This document shows, piece by piece, positions 1 to 12,739 of a stretch of 64,000 nucleotides of DNA. This stretch comes from Geosiphon pyriformis uo1 (taxonomy: Eukaryota > Fungi > Glomeromycota). The notes beneath the pieces are model-generated. The model searched no databases. It was not told the origin of the DNA and was given only the letters and a program-made list of their open reading frames with translations. The translations under genes were made by a program, and so were the position numbers. Location: NCBI GenBank assembly GCA_016748015.1, contig JAAOMT010000694.1, forward strand, positions 248,001 through 312,000, given 5' to 3'. Positions within the stretch are counted from its first letter, which is position 1, and each line of letters opens with the position of its first letter.

Positions 1-58
1 AAATTAATTATGTTTACATTAAAATTAACATAAAAGTTTTTGAAGCAAAAAAATATAC

Positions 59-782
59 TATTATGGTTAAAAACCATAGTTTTTATTAGTTATTACATAT
101 ATTAACTATTAATATTACATAATTAATCACCTTATTTTTAGATAGTAATCAAAAACCTAATCATTAACTTAATTATTAATCTGATTATTCATCTGACTAT
201 TGACTTAATTATTGACTATTTTCAATAGTTATATAAGTGATAAGTCTCTTAGCTATAAAAAAACATGATCAAAATAACGAAATAAAACCTACTATTAATT
301 GGTAATATTTATAAAAAATTTTTAAGACTTTTTCTTATATTGCTTATTTTTTTTTCTTACTTTTAGGTATTTAAACATCTTGAATAAAAAATTACTTATT
401 AGTATTCATATATTTTATTTTTTTCCCTTCTTAATTTGTATTATTAAAATTAGCCTTAAAAGCAATTGCTTACTCTTGTACTTTTTTGAATAAAAAAATG
501 ATTGAAAAGCACAATAATACCTGTTATTAATTTTAAAAATCACCAAGTTAAAACATAAAATAATAACAGTAATATTATTTTATTAACAATCACAGACTAT
601 TTTTTTATTATTAAATTTTCAAAAAAGATTCACAACTATAATTATTATAAGACTAATTATGTATATTAAATCTTTACTTATTTAATTCACTTTCTTATTG
701 TAATTTTTTTTTGATTAATTTTATTATTCTACAATTTTGTTCTTCTTTACTATTTATTAGTTTATTATTCTAACTTATAACA
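59..782 (+). repeat. 5' LTR of A1
   Basis: Aligns along its length to 7121-7821 and at both ends to 55152-55398. Confidence 0.9.
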
Positions 783-879
783 TAAAAGTAGTATTTTTTA
801 TAAGATTATTAAAATACATTTTGTTTTTTATTGTATGGATAATTATTTATATTTGTCACAATAATCAGAAGAATACTTT

Positions 880-3379
880 CAATTTTCTGATTAATGACTT
901 TACCAAATTGCTTCAATTTGGTATCCAATTCAGATGATTTATTCATTACTAGGTTGATGGCTTGAACATAATTGGCTTCAAGTTTGGCCAATTTAAAATT
1001 CCTGGTATGTATGACTGTATTCTAAAAAGTATTTGGGTGCATTAGACATACTTGTTGTAAAAAGCTACTATGTAATTCACAAATAAATTGGTTCAAAATC
1101 TGTGCTGTTGTAAAATAATTGGCTTGAATTGTCTGAATTTGGCATAAATTCTTGTGTAAGTGTTTTAAGTAAGTAGTAACTGCTTCAGTATTACCTTGTT
1201 TAATTGTAATAAAACTAGTTAATAACTAATTGATGTTGTTATAATTGCTGAAGTATTGTAAAAATGTGATTTTAAACACATTAAAAGTTTGTGGCTTGTT
1301 GATAAGATTCTAATATTATAAATTAATAGTATTTTGTAAGAAGTAGAAAATAGCTTGAAGGGCTCTGGCATCATTCCAGTTATTGGCTGTAATTGTTTTG
1401 GCTATGTTATTTAATCATACTTGGACATTGTTTTCTTTGCCAGTGAATTTTTTAAGTTTAATAATAAGTGCATATACTATTGGTATTAGTTGTTGTTGTT
1501 GTAATTATTATTAAAGTTGTTATTGAGGTTGTTGTTGTGGTAAAACAATTAGTACAATTAGTAAATCAATTACAATTATTGAAAATAGGTTTTGTTAAAT
1601 AATAGGAGTAGAGTTTGGATTTTTTGGGTTCTGTAGAATTTAAACAATTAGAGTTTGTATTTTTGGGTTATTTGGAATCGGATTTTAATTATTATTTCTC
1701 TAATAACTGTTTTCTTTTTTTCCCAATTTGTTATCTTTCCAATGACTAATAAATCCAAAATTTGGTTAAGATAATAGTGATTAAAATTCTGATAATATTG
1801 TTGGTTATAATTTAAATTTTTCAAAAAAATTGCCATAGATTTCTAATAATTTGGTTTTTTTTTGATTATTTTGGAATGGTATTCTGGTTAATAGTGTTTT
1901 TGTAGTTAATAATAATGCAAATTCTGATGGTATGTGTATAGTACTTCTTAGTATATAATAGTATGATAAGTAAATAGATAAAATGACTCTTGGTTTCTTT
2001 TAATTAGGTGGTTGTATTTTTTTGGTGTTTCTGCTAAAGTTTATAACTTTTTTTTATCTGTAAAAATAATGAAAAATTTCTGTTAAATGTATTTTTCAAT
2101 TTTTTTGTTAATTTCCGTGATTAGTGATACAAACAAATAGTTTAGTAAAAGTGTAATGCTTTAAAATAATTCACTATAGAAATAATTAAAAGCAGCTTCT
2201 GGATTTTTTTAATCTTTCAAGTGGAATTTAATTTTTTCATTGACATAGAAATTAAAAACTAATTCTGCTAAACAATGATTATTTGTTAATCTAAAGTGAA
2301 TTTGATATTGTTGAAATAAAGATTTCACAAATCTTAAATAATTTTCTCCTATAATTTCTTGATCTGTCACTTTTCCAAATGATTGTTATTGGTGCTGGTT
2401 TTCTGTTAGATTATATTTTACAAAGAGAACCAAATGTTATAAGTAATTATTTAGAGTGTTCATACAAATAACAAACTTATAACTTAGTGTTCAATAACTG
2501 ATAATGTTGGTAATATTTGAAGATTTTAGAGTCTGAAGGTTTTGGTTGAGTTTTTTGTATAATAAACAAAGATTTAATTGATGGTTTTTTCTGTGAATTT
2601 TTTTCTTTAGTGTAATGGCTAGTTTATTTTGACAGTAATGCTCTTCTGGTAAGCTATTTTTAAATTTCTATTTTTATTCTCAAGTTTTTTACCAGGTTTT
2701 TCTTAATGTTAAATACTTAGCACTTAATTTTTTTTAATCAATTAGTAAACAACAAAAAAATAAAATAAAAAAAATAAAAAAAAATAAAAAAAATAAAAAA
2801 AAGAGAAAAAAAAATAAGAAAATTAGTATTCTGTTAATAGTTATAATTAAGAGCTATTGGTTCTATGTAATTGAGTCTTAAATTCTATTAACATAAAGTA
2901 TTAATAGTGTAAAATTGATTAATATTTTTTAATTAAGTAATAATAATATGAATTTAGATAATAATTAATATTTTATTAATATGTAATTTGATTTCATTTT
3001 AAGTTGTAGAAAACTACTTTTTAAAGAAAAGAGTATTGAATAATTAATGAATTGTAACTGATTCTTCTCAATTAATTTTGTCTTTTTTGCTTTTAATACT
3101 TTCACTATATATACATAATTCTTTTTATACAAAATTTCATATTTTCTTGAACAATGTGCTCTATTTTTTCCAATAATATGCTTATTATTAAGCAATATAT
3201 CATGATTTTCTAACAATGTGCTTATTGCTAAGCAATGTGTTATAATTTACTGACAATATACTTATTGCTGAATATTGTGTCATAATTTTTTAATATTGTG
3301 CTTACTTGTTACATTCTATTCTTCTATTGGTCTATTTTTCTATCTGTTTTTCTTATTTTTTTTCTTTCTATGAGTAACA
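880..3379 (-). mobile_element. Inverted 5' fragment (LTR + gag) of Gypsy family B (B1) inside A1
   Basis: Minus-strand LTR 2435-3379 (TGTTAC...TAACA) followed by TTTGGTTCTCT PBS. The reverse complement of 880-2434 is colinear with gag at about 50612-52140. Confidence 0.88.
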
Positions 3380-6300
3380 TCAGCAATGGCAAGTCACTAA
3401 ACAATATCAAAACTGATAAAAAAATAATCATTGTAAATAGCAAGCTAATTTGCTGGCCCTACTATAATATTCTTGGAAAATTTTTTGATAGAAAACCTAG
3501 CAAGAAAGCCAAATATAATTATTAGTAGTATGATTCTTGTGTCTGGTGCTGATATAATAAACTATTGTATTTTTCTAGTGATAAATACATGTTTTGTCTA
3601 ATTTATTATAAAGATTAAGAATCAATCAACTTGATACTTTGAAAAAAAATAAAAAAAGTACTGAAGTTTTTTGAAAGTAAATTACCAAATATATAGTTAT
3701 TAATAATAAAATAAAGAAAACTCTTTTCAAAAGAAAAAAATTTGACATTGAAAACCTGCTGACTAAAAATAGTCTAGTTATTTCAAAAGAAGGTAATACT
3801 CCTAAACATACTTATGTGATACAATACATTATTACCATTAAAAAAACTTGTCCTATTTATTTAAAGTCTTATTAATCCAATTGCCATAATAATAAGTTTA
3901 TCAAAAAAAAAATAAACCAGATGAAAAATTTTGAATTTATACAAAAAACCAAGAACAAATGAACATTTTCAGTTATAGTAATATCCAAAAAAAGTAGAAC
4001 CCTATGCTTTTGTGTCAACTATTGCCAATTAAATGTCATTACTAAAAGAGATATATACATACTTTTCAAAATTAATACAATGTTGAATTAATTCAATAGT
4101 GCTGTTTTTTTTTTAATTATTGATTTAATTGTTGAATTCTGGCAAGTAAAAATGGATTCAAAAAGCAGAAAAAAAACTGTCTTTATTATTAAGTATAATA
4201 TTTATAAATTTACAGTCATATCTTTTGGTCTTATTAATGTCTCTTCTATTTTTCAATATCTAATAAACAAAGTATTTAAATCAATAAAAGAAAATTTTGT
4301 TTTGGTCTATTTAAACGACATAATAGTATATTTAAAAACCTGAAATAAACACCTTGAACATTTACAAAAAATTTTTAATCTTTTTAGAAATGCTGATTTC
4401 AAGATCAATCTAATCAAATCTTTCTTTAAATGTTAATTTACTCAGTTTTTTGAATATCTTATTAAAAAAGATAGAATTTTCTCTAATCCAACCAAGATTG
4501 AAAAAGTTCAAAATATTAAACAACCAATAAACATTTATGAACTATCTTTTTTCTTTGGTTTAGCATCTTATTATTACAAATTTGTCAAAAATTTTTCCAA
4601 AATTGCCTTTTTATTTAATTAGCTACTTAAAAAAACTGTCAATTATCATTAGATTACACATTAACAAAAAGCTTTTAAAACCTTAAAAAAAATTAATTAT
4701 TAAGCCAATTCTTAATTAATCTGATTTGAATCAATTTTTTATCTTTTATACTAATACATTTGGCTTTAAAATTGGTGCTGTTTTATCTCAGAAAGATAAA
4801 AATAATAAAAAACATACTATAACTTATGTTAACAGATTTTTTTCTCTGACAGAACAGAATTACTTAGTAATTAAACAAAAATGCTTAGCAATAGTATAAT
4901 TTATTAACTACTGAAGTAAATATTTTTTTAATGTAAAATTTTTAATAATAACAGATTATTAAGTCTTAATTTGGCTATACAACAAAAAAAAGCTAAAACA
5001 CAAATAGATAACTTGTTGAATATTTTACCTGAATGAATTTAATTATGATATACAACATTATAAAGAAGCTTATTATCAAAATGCCAATATTTTTTTTAGA
5101 CTTACTATTCAATAATAATACAATTTTTCCAAACCAACTTAATTATTAGTAACTTTTTTTTAAACAAACACAATAATAGACTTAAATAACTACTTTGTCT
5201 TAATAGAATTTTTGGGTAAAAAACAATATTTACCAGATTACATTCAACAACAAAAAAAATATTTGTACAAACAATCAAATTTTTATTTGATTCATTAAAA
5301 CCAACTTTACAAAAGAAATAAAAAAGATCTTAATTATCTTTAAAGAGTTATCAAATTTAAAAAAAAAATTGTAATCTATAATATATATATTGATTCATTA
5401 GCTGAACACTTTAGAAAAACAAAAACAATTCAGAAAATTTTCATTCACTATTATTAGTCTATTTTAAAAAAAGATATTGCTGAATACATTAAAACTTTTA
5501 ATATTTGTTAAAGAATAAAAAAACTTAATTACAAAAAAGACATTCATCCAATTTCTGTTGGTTAACTATTTAACAAAATTAGTATAAATGTTATTGAACT
5601 TTTAAGAACAACTTTTGATAGCAATAGATATATTATCACAGCTATTAATTATTTTACAAAGTAAGTAGAAACAAAAGCCACCCCAGATTAAACAATAGTT
5701 TTTATTGTCAACTTTATTTATGAAGATATTATTTGTTATCATAGCTGTTCCAAAAAAATTTTATCTAATAAAAAAAAAGCCTTTTTTAATACACTAATTG
5801 AAAAACTTTGTAGAAAAATAGAAATACATTATAAACTTTTTTTTTTTATTACCCTTAAATTAATAGCTTAATAAAATGTTTCAATAGAATACTATATAAA
5901 ACTTTAACCAAAACCAGTAAAAAAACAAACTTATAAAACAAAGTACTGTTTTTAGTTTTGTTTACTTATAGAACTGTAAATTATGACATAATAAATTATA
6001 AATTCTTTTATCTGCTCTATAAATAAATAGCAATACTATCAATAAAAATTGATATTAAAACAATATTTTTTGAAAAAATCACAATAGAAAATCACAAAGA
6101 CATTTTGCAAAAAAAACTTGGTATCATTCTTGACTTTTTGGTAAAAACACAAATAATTGTCTTTAAAAAAATAAACCAGTTTTAAAAAAAAACTTAAAAA
6201 AAAAACAACTTATAAAACACTTTTTTTAAGTATTAATAACTTAGTTTTAGAATACTGTTTAGACAGAGACAATATCTATAGTAATAAATTCTCTAGCTAA

Positions 6301-6463
6301 TAAAAAGAACTTTTTTTAGTCAACAAAGTTTTGAACAATAGTTTTTATATCTTATAAAATTAATATAAAACAATTTTTTAATAATCATCTTATTTATAAC
6401 ATATAACTTAAAAAATATTACAAACAACTTGATTGGTTATCTGTTATGGTAATACCAATTTAA
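3380..6463 (+). pseudogene. pol relic of A1 (Cys-rich spacer, RT, RNase H, integrase with GPF-type C-terminus)
   Basis: Degenerate LxFCVxY motif (~4000), KTxF and FGL motifs, VYLND for YLDD (~4305), RH relic YTNTF-x-x-x-IGAVL (~4748), integrase HHCC/DDE relics (5390-5890). Many in-frame stops. Confidence 0.88.
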
Positions 6464-7120
6464 ATGATCAGCAAAAATCAGATATAAATAAATATATCAT
6501 TCTCAAAATAAAGATATTTTTAATTAATATAAACAATTATTTCCTAAATTAAAACATTCAAAATACTTTTATATTTTCCATGAGTATTAGATCAAAAATT
6601 ATTCAAACATTATTCTAATTATTAAAAAACAGACCATTATAACTAATAATAATAGAATATATATTATTATTAAACCAAAAAAAACCACTATTAGAAGAGA
6701 AAAAATTGATAGCAAAATAGATAAATATATGTTTAATACACTTGAAAAAACAATTAAAAAAATCTTGCCTATAGATAAAAATTTGTTATATAAAAGACAA
6801 CTTGAACTTTATAATCAACTTGGTGAAATTATAGAAAACATAAAACTCATAAAGAAAACAACTTTAGTAATACAAATAAAAATTTTAAATATTATATAAT
6901 TAGATATTTTAAGAGTTTTAACTATTATTAAAAGAGCCAAAACTTTTATACAAGGATTTAATCTCTTAAATACAAAGCTTATTTTATCTTAAGTATTATA
7001 TATTTTATTTACAAAAAACTTTATTAAACTAGTTAGTTTTAAATTAAACAAAACTTTTTAATTAGAATATTTTATAAATAATTTGATTTTACTGAAGCTC
7101 AATCTTTTTAAAAAAGATGA

Positions 7121-7821
7121 TATTATGATTAAAAACCATAGTTTTTATTATTTATTATATGTATTAGTCATTGATATTACATAATTAACCATCTTATTTT
7201 TAAATAATGATTATTAATTTAATCAATAATTTGATCAATAATTTAATTATTGACTTGATCATTGATTTGATTATTAACTTAATTAATAATTATATAAGCA
7301 ATAAGTCTTTTAGCTATAAAAAAACATAATAAAAGTAACAAAATAAAATTCACTATTAATTACTTTTTCTTATATTGGTTATTTCTCTTTCCCTATTTTT
7401 AAGTATTTAAACATCTTAAGATAAAAGATTATTTCTTGGCTTTTATATATTTTATTTTTTTTCTTCTTGATTTGTATTGTTAAAATTAATTTGAGAAACA
7501 ATTACTTGTTCTTGTAATTTATTAAATAAAAAAATAATCGAAAAACACAATAATATCTGTTATTAATTTTAAGAATTACTCAAGTTAAGACATAAAATAA
7601 TAACAATAGTGTTATTTTGTTAACAATTATAAACTATTCTTTTATCTTTAGATTTTCAAAAAAGATTTGCAATTGTAATTTTTATAAAACTAATTATGTA
7701 TATTGAATTTTTACTTATTTAATTTGTTTTTTTATTGTAATTCTCTCTTTGATTAATTTTATCACTCTATAATCCTGTTTTTTTTTTGCTATTCATTAGC
7801 TTATTACTTCAATCCATAACA
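7121..7821 (+). repeat. 3' LTR of A1
   Basis: Direct repeat of 59-782, preceded by a purine-rich tract. Confidence 0.9.
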
Positions 7822-7825
7822 ATAT

Positions 7826-7985
7826 ATTTGTTAATATAGTTTTATAATGTTGTTTTAATTAGTTAAATGGCTAATTACATATAATAAGTGTATAAATTAT
7901 GTCTAATTTAAAATTTTAAATAGTTGTATTATATTATATAATAATTAAATTTTATTTATAAAAAAAAATAAAAATAAAAAATAAT
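7826..7985 (+). mobile_element. 3' end (UTR + A-rich tail) of a decayed LINE
   Basis: Matches the LINE 3' UTR at ~40718-40860 and the reverse complement of ~41960-42100. Confidence 0.7.
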
Positions 7986-8602
7986 TTAATATATTAAATA
8001 ACATAGTTAAATATTAATTTAAATTAGTTTTAATAAATATATTGTTGTTATTGTCTAAAACAAAAAAAAACCACAAAAAAAACCAATTTTAAAACAATTT
8101 TTAAAATAATTAACTTTAGTATTTTTGAAAAAAATTACTTTTGGTTATTTTGGTTCTTTTGGCTATTTAAACAATAATTAAAAAAATTAAAACAAAAACA
8201 ATACAATATTAAACTTATTTTTAATAATTACTTTTCAAAAAACTTAAAAGAAAAAAAACTTTTAATTAAAAACAAAAAAATGCTTTTTTAATAACCAAAA
8301 CTGAATATTAAAAAGTGTTTTAACAAAATACTGTTTGAATGCTTTTATAATTAAATATTAAAGACCAAAAAAAATAAGAGCCGTTTTTTGCTTTGGTTGT
8401 AATTATAAAATTGCAAAAGAAAAAAGTAATTTTTGTAATAAATTTTTTTTTAAATTTATTGTTTTGAAAAATGACAATTATTTGATTTTTTTAGGCCACA
8501 TATACAGGGGGGTATAAAAAGTATTGGACACTTTTATAATATGTTATATAAAAGAACTAACTTATGAATCGTTAATTTTTTTTTATTATATTAAAATACA
8601 TG

Positions 8603-9158
8603 TTAGTATTTTGTTTGACCCCCATTTGCTTCAAGAATAGCTTGAACTCGACGTGGCATAGACTTGATCAAATTACGATAGTAATTTACAGGTATCGCAT
8701 CCCATTCTTCCTTAACCCACTGTTCCAATTGTACAATATTTGANNNNNNNNNNNNNNNNNNNNTTTTCTTTATTTGATTTGGAAATTAATGGCTTGAGAC
8801 GAGGAATGCACGAGCGAAGTCCTTCTTGAGCTAATCCATTTCGAATAGTTTGTATAGAAATAGATTTGTTGGTATCTTTAATAAAATTCAATCGTATTTG
8901 AGAAAGAGTTTGGCGGGGGGTTTCTTTATTCTCCATTATTGAATATTTGAGTTGTTCACGTGCGCGTTTGTCAAGAATTTGTGGTCGGCCCGTTCGTTTT
9001 TTAGGAAGTTTTTTTAGCTCGTATGACTTCCATACACGTATTACAGAAGAACGTGAACATCCAATAGTCGTTGAAATCTTACTATTTGTATGTCCTAACT
9101 TTTTTGCTGAAATAATCCCTCCTTTTTGGTATTCAGAAAGTTCTTTTCTAAGACACAT
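8603..9158 (-). CDS. Tc1-like transposase (catalytic middle lost in an assembly gap)
   Basis: N-terminal HTH with the TGRP motif. After the N-run the frame reads EQWVKEEWDAIPVNYYRNLIKSMPRRVQAILEANGGQTKY*, the classic Tc1 C-terminus. Confidence 0.9.
8744..8763. other. Assembly gap (20 N)
   Basis: Run of N inside the transposase; the DDE domain is missing across it. Confidence 0.99.
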
Positions 9159-9604
9159 TTGATGCGGTAAATTTTTTCACGACAAGAATGTTTGATATTT
9201 TATAAATACGCGTATGATCCACTGTTGTGTTTTACAAGGACGCGATTTATGTTGATTTGTAGATTATAACTATAAGTAATTATAAAAAAAATTATGGCTT
9301 AAATTGGTAATGGTATTACTATATATAGCCTTTTTTATATATTATATTAAGTGTCCAATACTTTTTATACCCCCCTGTATTAATAAATCTTTGCTTTTGT
9401 TCAATGTTTAATGATGAAAGAACCAAAAATCTGGAAATCTTAAAGAAATGAGATTTTCATCAATTCTTTTTAATTTGCAGAGGCAATTTAAGCACATTTG
9501 CTTTGTATTGAAAATTTTTTGATCAAGTTAATAAAGTGAAATTGGTCTTTTTAACAGGAATTAAAATATTAACATGATATTTGCTATTGCATTTACCATT
9601 TTTT

Positions 9605-11768
9605 TCAGGACACCTGAGCAATCTCTCGAGCTTGTGCAAAAAATAATCTCGCTTCATGTTCTGTTTGATTGGCAATACAGTAGGAATTTCCTAAAAGATA
9701 ATAATTTTAAAAATGATTCGAGCCAGAAGACGGTTATCATGAACGAGTAACTTTGTTGAGATACCTCTGGGTACGCAAAATTGACCACCAATGGGTATTC
9801 GGAATTTTGATTTGTGTATAGTTATTGTAACCATTCCTTTAATTACATAGAAGGTCTTCCATATTCAAAACAAATGATATTAATTGCCATTAAATTATAT
9901 TTAGTAACAAACAAACAATCTTATTTACTTTGGGAAAACCCTTACCATTATACTGTCCTTGGTGTTTTTAGTTGGCTTTTCTGTTCCTTTGGGCAAGAAA
10001 ATGATACCAGTCGATAGAAATTCGCCTTCAGAAAATGATTTTTGGAACTTGTAATCATGGCTGTTGATATATTTAGGCTTTAACATTGAGGGCATAACGA
10101 CAACCTCTATGATTCAAATAAGTTTGAGTTTGAGTTTTTCCACATAAGAGATGAGAATGCAATTTTTTAACTCACGTCGAATCTCCTCGGAGCCATCGGT
10201 ACCCCATTCTACGACTTGAGCTTCACCATTTGTTTCTTCTTCAACAAAGCCATCTTCCTCTTCTTTTCGACGTTTTTGCGACTTTTTTTCAGATGTCCCA
10301 CGTCTTCTTTTGTGATAAAATTCAGTATTGTGGTTTTCATCATCCGAGAATCGGATCACCTCTTTGATAACAGGAACTGGAGTTGATCCTATTTTCGGAC
10401 ATTGGAAGAGAAACCCAAAACAAGAAGAGATTAATAGGAGAAATGGTTGACGGAATGATTGAACTTCAGATGACTAACCTTCCACCGGCCGTCCATATAC
10501 AACTTTCTCATTTCGCCAGAATTTCAAGGGCTTTATGCGGTTACGTGTACCTCTGCGTACTTTTCAGCAAATTGAAAAAACACATGAAACAAAACCCATA
10601 ATTACATTACAGAATTAATAAAATTGAACGTACATCCTTCCCCAGTATCATCCTTTGAAGCAGCGGCTTTTTTCTTATTCGTTGCTTTAGGTGGATTAAT
10701 CTTTTTTTTAGGTTTAATAAGCTGTATATTTTTGTCCTTAGGACCACTCTCTTCAATTTCTTGTTGGTAATCTTCATTATTATTTATTCCCAAATTAAAA
10801 GATTTATCATTTCCATCAGCTTCCGACACAGTTTCAGGTTTTTCGTCAGCGGTTTTTCTGGGTGAAAGTTTGGTAACCGCGGGAACAATAAATTCTTCCT
10901 CTTCTTCTTCTTCTTCTTCTTCTTCTTCTTCTTCTTCTTCTTCCATGTAGTCATTGGAACATAATTTGTCGACTTCTTCAAATCGATTATCATCTTTGAA
11001 TAAATAGGATTTTTGTTTTAGATTATGTGGTACAAATTCTCCAAATTTTAGTATGGAAGATTCATGTGCAGTCAAGAGGAAAAGTGAGCAAAATTCCCTG
11101 CCTTCCATTACAATTTCCATTGATATCTCCTCACTAATAGTAGTCTCGTTTCTAATAAAAGACGCCTCTTGTTGCGACTCACTATTGGGTTGTTCTTGAG
11201 CCGGCTGCAATTTGGCCACATTAAAGAAGTCGTCAATATCTTGAAGACCATCCGAGTCATTTTTAACTTTCCCTTTTACGGTCAAGCCCGTTTTTCTAGA
11301 AAAAATGTCAAATAAGAAAGTCTGAAAACTATTTTTCGAGGCAGGATTTCCCTAGGCTTTGAAAATCCTCTACCTTCCACGAACCCCAATTTCTGCAATA
11401 AATTTGTTGGCTCTCTTGGTTTTAAGCTTATTAAAATTGCTGGCGTGTATCATTGTTTCCTCGCTAGAATTGGTTTCATTTCTATCGGGAGACCCTCCTT
11501 GTTGTGATCCAACGTTGGAAGATTCTCGTCGTGACTGCGAATCCACCCCATTAAAGAAGTCGTCAATGTCTTCAAGGCCATCTATATCTTTTTTAACGTT
11601 CTCCTTAACAGTTATGCCGGTTTTTCTAGAAGCGGGTAAAGTTAGAATTGGGAACTATTTTTATGAACAAGTATTAAATTTTGATCGAATTCACCTTCCA
11701 CGAACCCCAATTTCTTCAGTAAACTTGTTCACCCTTTTAGTTTTGCGTGAAATATCGTCACTGGGCAT
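9605..11768 (-). CDS. MIF2: Centromere protein C (CENP-C/Mif2/Cnp3), multi-exon
   Basis: Mif2_N motif GVRGRKTG..VK...DGLEDIDDFF (twice), CENP-C motif VRRGTRNRIKPLKFWRNEKVVYGR (~10490-10560), and C-terminal cupin (KPTKN...FYVIKG.VT.TIH...GGQFCVPRGNSY...EARLFFAQA). GT-AG introns. Confidence 0.93.
10893..10944 (-). repeat. (GAA)n microsatellite encoding poly-Glu in CENP-C
   Basis: TTC repeats on the + strand, in frame with the exon. Confidence 0.9.
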
Positions 11769-12739
11769 CGAGCTTTCTTTTATTTATGTCCAAGGTTAGA
11801 AACTTCAAGGTTGAAGGAGACAAGTATTCTTTGCAAAAGTTGAAGTGGGAAATAACTCTTCTCACCAGCGTTATGTATTGATATTTTTTTAGTAGAACAC
11901 CAAACAGAAATCAGCACACTGCTCGTGACCTGATAATCATGGGTGACACTAAAAGCTTGACATCTGCGCACCAAATTGACTCGTGAAAAAAGATTTGAAT
12001 ATCAAAGATAATTTTAGATTTCATATTTTCCAATTTAATTGGAATCAAAAAATAGAAAATTTATTTATTTTTAAAATAGTAAGTCACAATAAACAAAAAT
12101 ATTTTCATGATGCTTTTAACTAGGTAAACTTGTTTGCTGGCAAAAAAGTTGTATTAATTATTTAAAACAGGGTGGTAAAATAGTCAACCACTTCATTTCA
12201 TCGTATAGCATTTCCCCTTCAAGGCAACAACTAACAGATATTATTTGTTTGTAATTGATTTTGTGAAACAAATCCATTTTTTTGCATTTTATGCACTTGC
12301 CGAACGTCACCATTTGTTCGTTAACTGACGATTGATCTGCATGCTCATGCAACATCACCTGTCAGTCATTTCTGCTATGGTAAGGCTTGATTTTCTACAA
12401 ACAGTCAAAGAAGTCACACGGTGGTTCGAAAACGCTGGCTGAACTTTCTCGTTGCACGTTTCTTTAATGTTTCTTGCTCTCCAGTTCCCGCGAATCGTCT
12501 CTTAATGCCCAACAAATTTTCTCTGTAAGTTTGCCGAAACTTTGAGAATTTTTTGTTGCTATAATGGGCTGCTATAGTTGATAAAATGGTTTCGGCATCT
12601 GGTGTGTTAGCTTTGACCCAATCCTTTTTAAACTTTTGATTTACTTTTTGATTATAGAAAACGGTTTGTCCGTTCGTGTTCACGACGTAATCGGGAAAGC
12701 GGACCATCAGCACCTGCCAGAAGCAACGAACTTCGTGAT

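Larger units (their letters stand above)
59..7821 (+). mobile_element. Decayed Ty3/Gypsy LTR retrotransposon, family A, copy A1, with both LTRs
   Basis: Direct repeats at 59-782 and 7121-7821 (TA[TG]TTATG...TAACA). Flanks ATAC (55-58) and ATAT (7822-7825) form a 4-bp TSD with one C>T. PBS relic after the 5' LTR and a purine tract before the 3' LTR. RT-RH-IN order in 3.9-6.45 kb. Colinear with the less-decayed copy at 55152-59979. Confidence 0.92.
8505..9377 (-). mobile_element. Tc1/mariner DNA transposon, young
   Basis: Perfect 29-bp TIRs CAGGGGGGTATAAAAAGTATTGGACACTT at 8505-8533 and 9349-9377, TA target duplication on both sides. Confidence 0.96.

Noticed and set aside
10784-11799. Poly-Lys ORF (10784-10993) and 146-aa + strand ORF (11359-11799)
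   Set aside because: Alternate-frame and antisense shadows of CENP-C exons.
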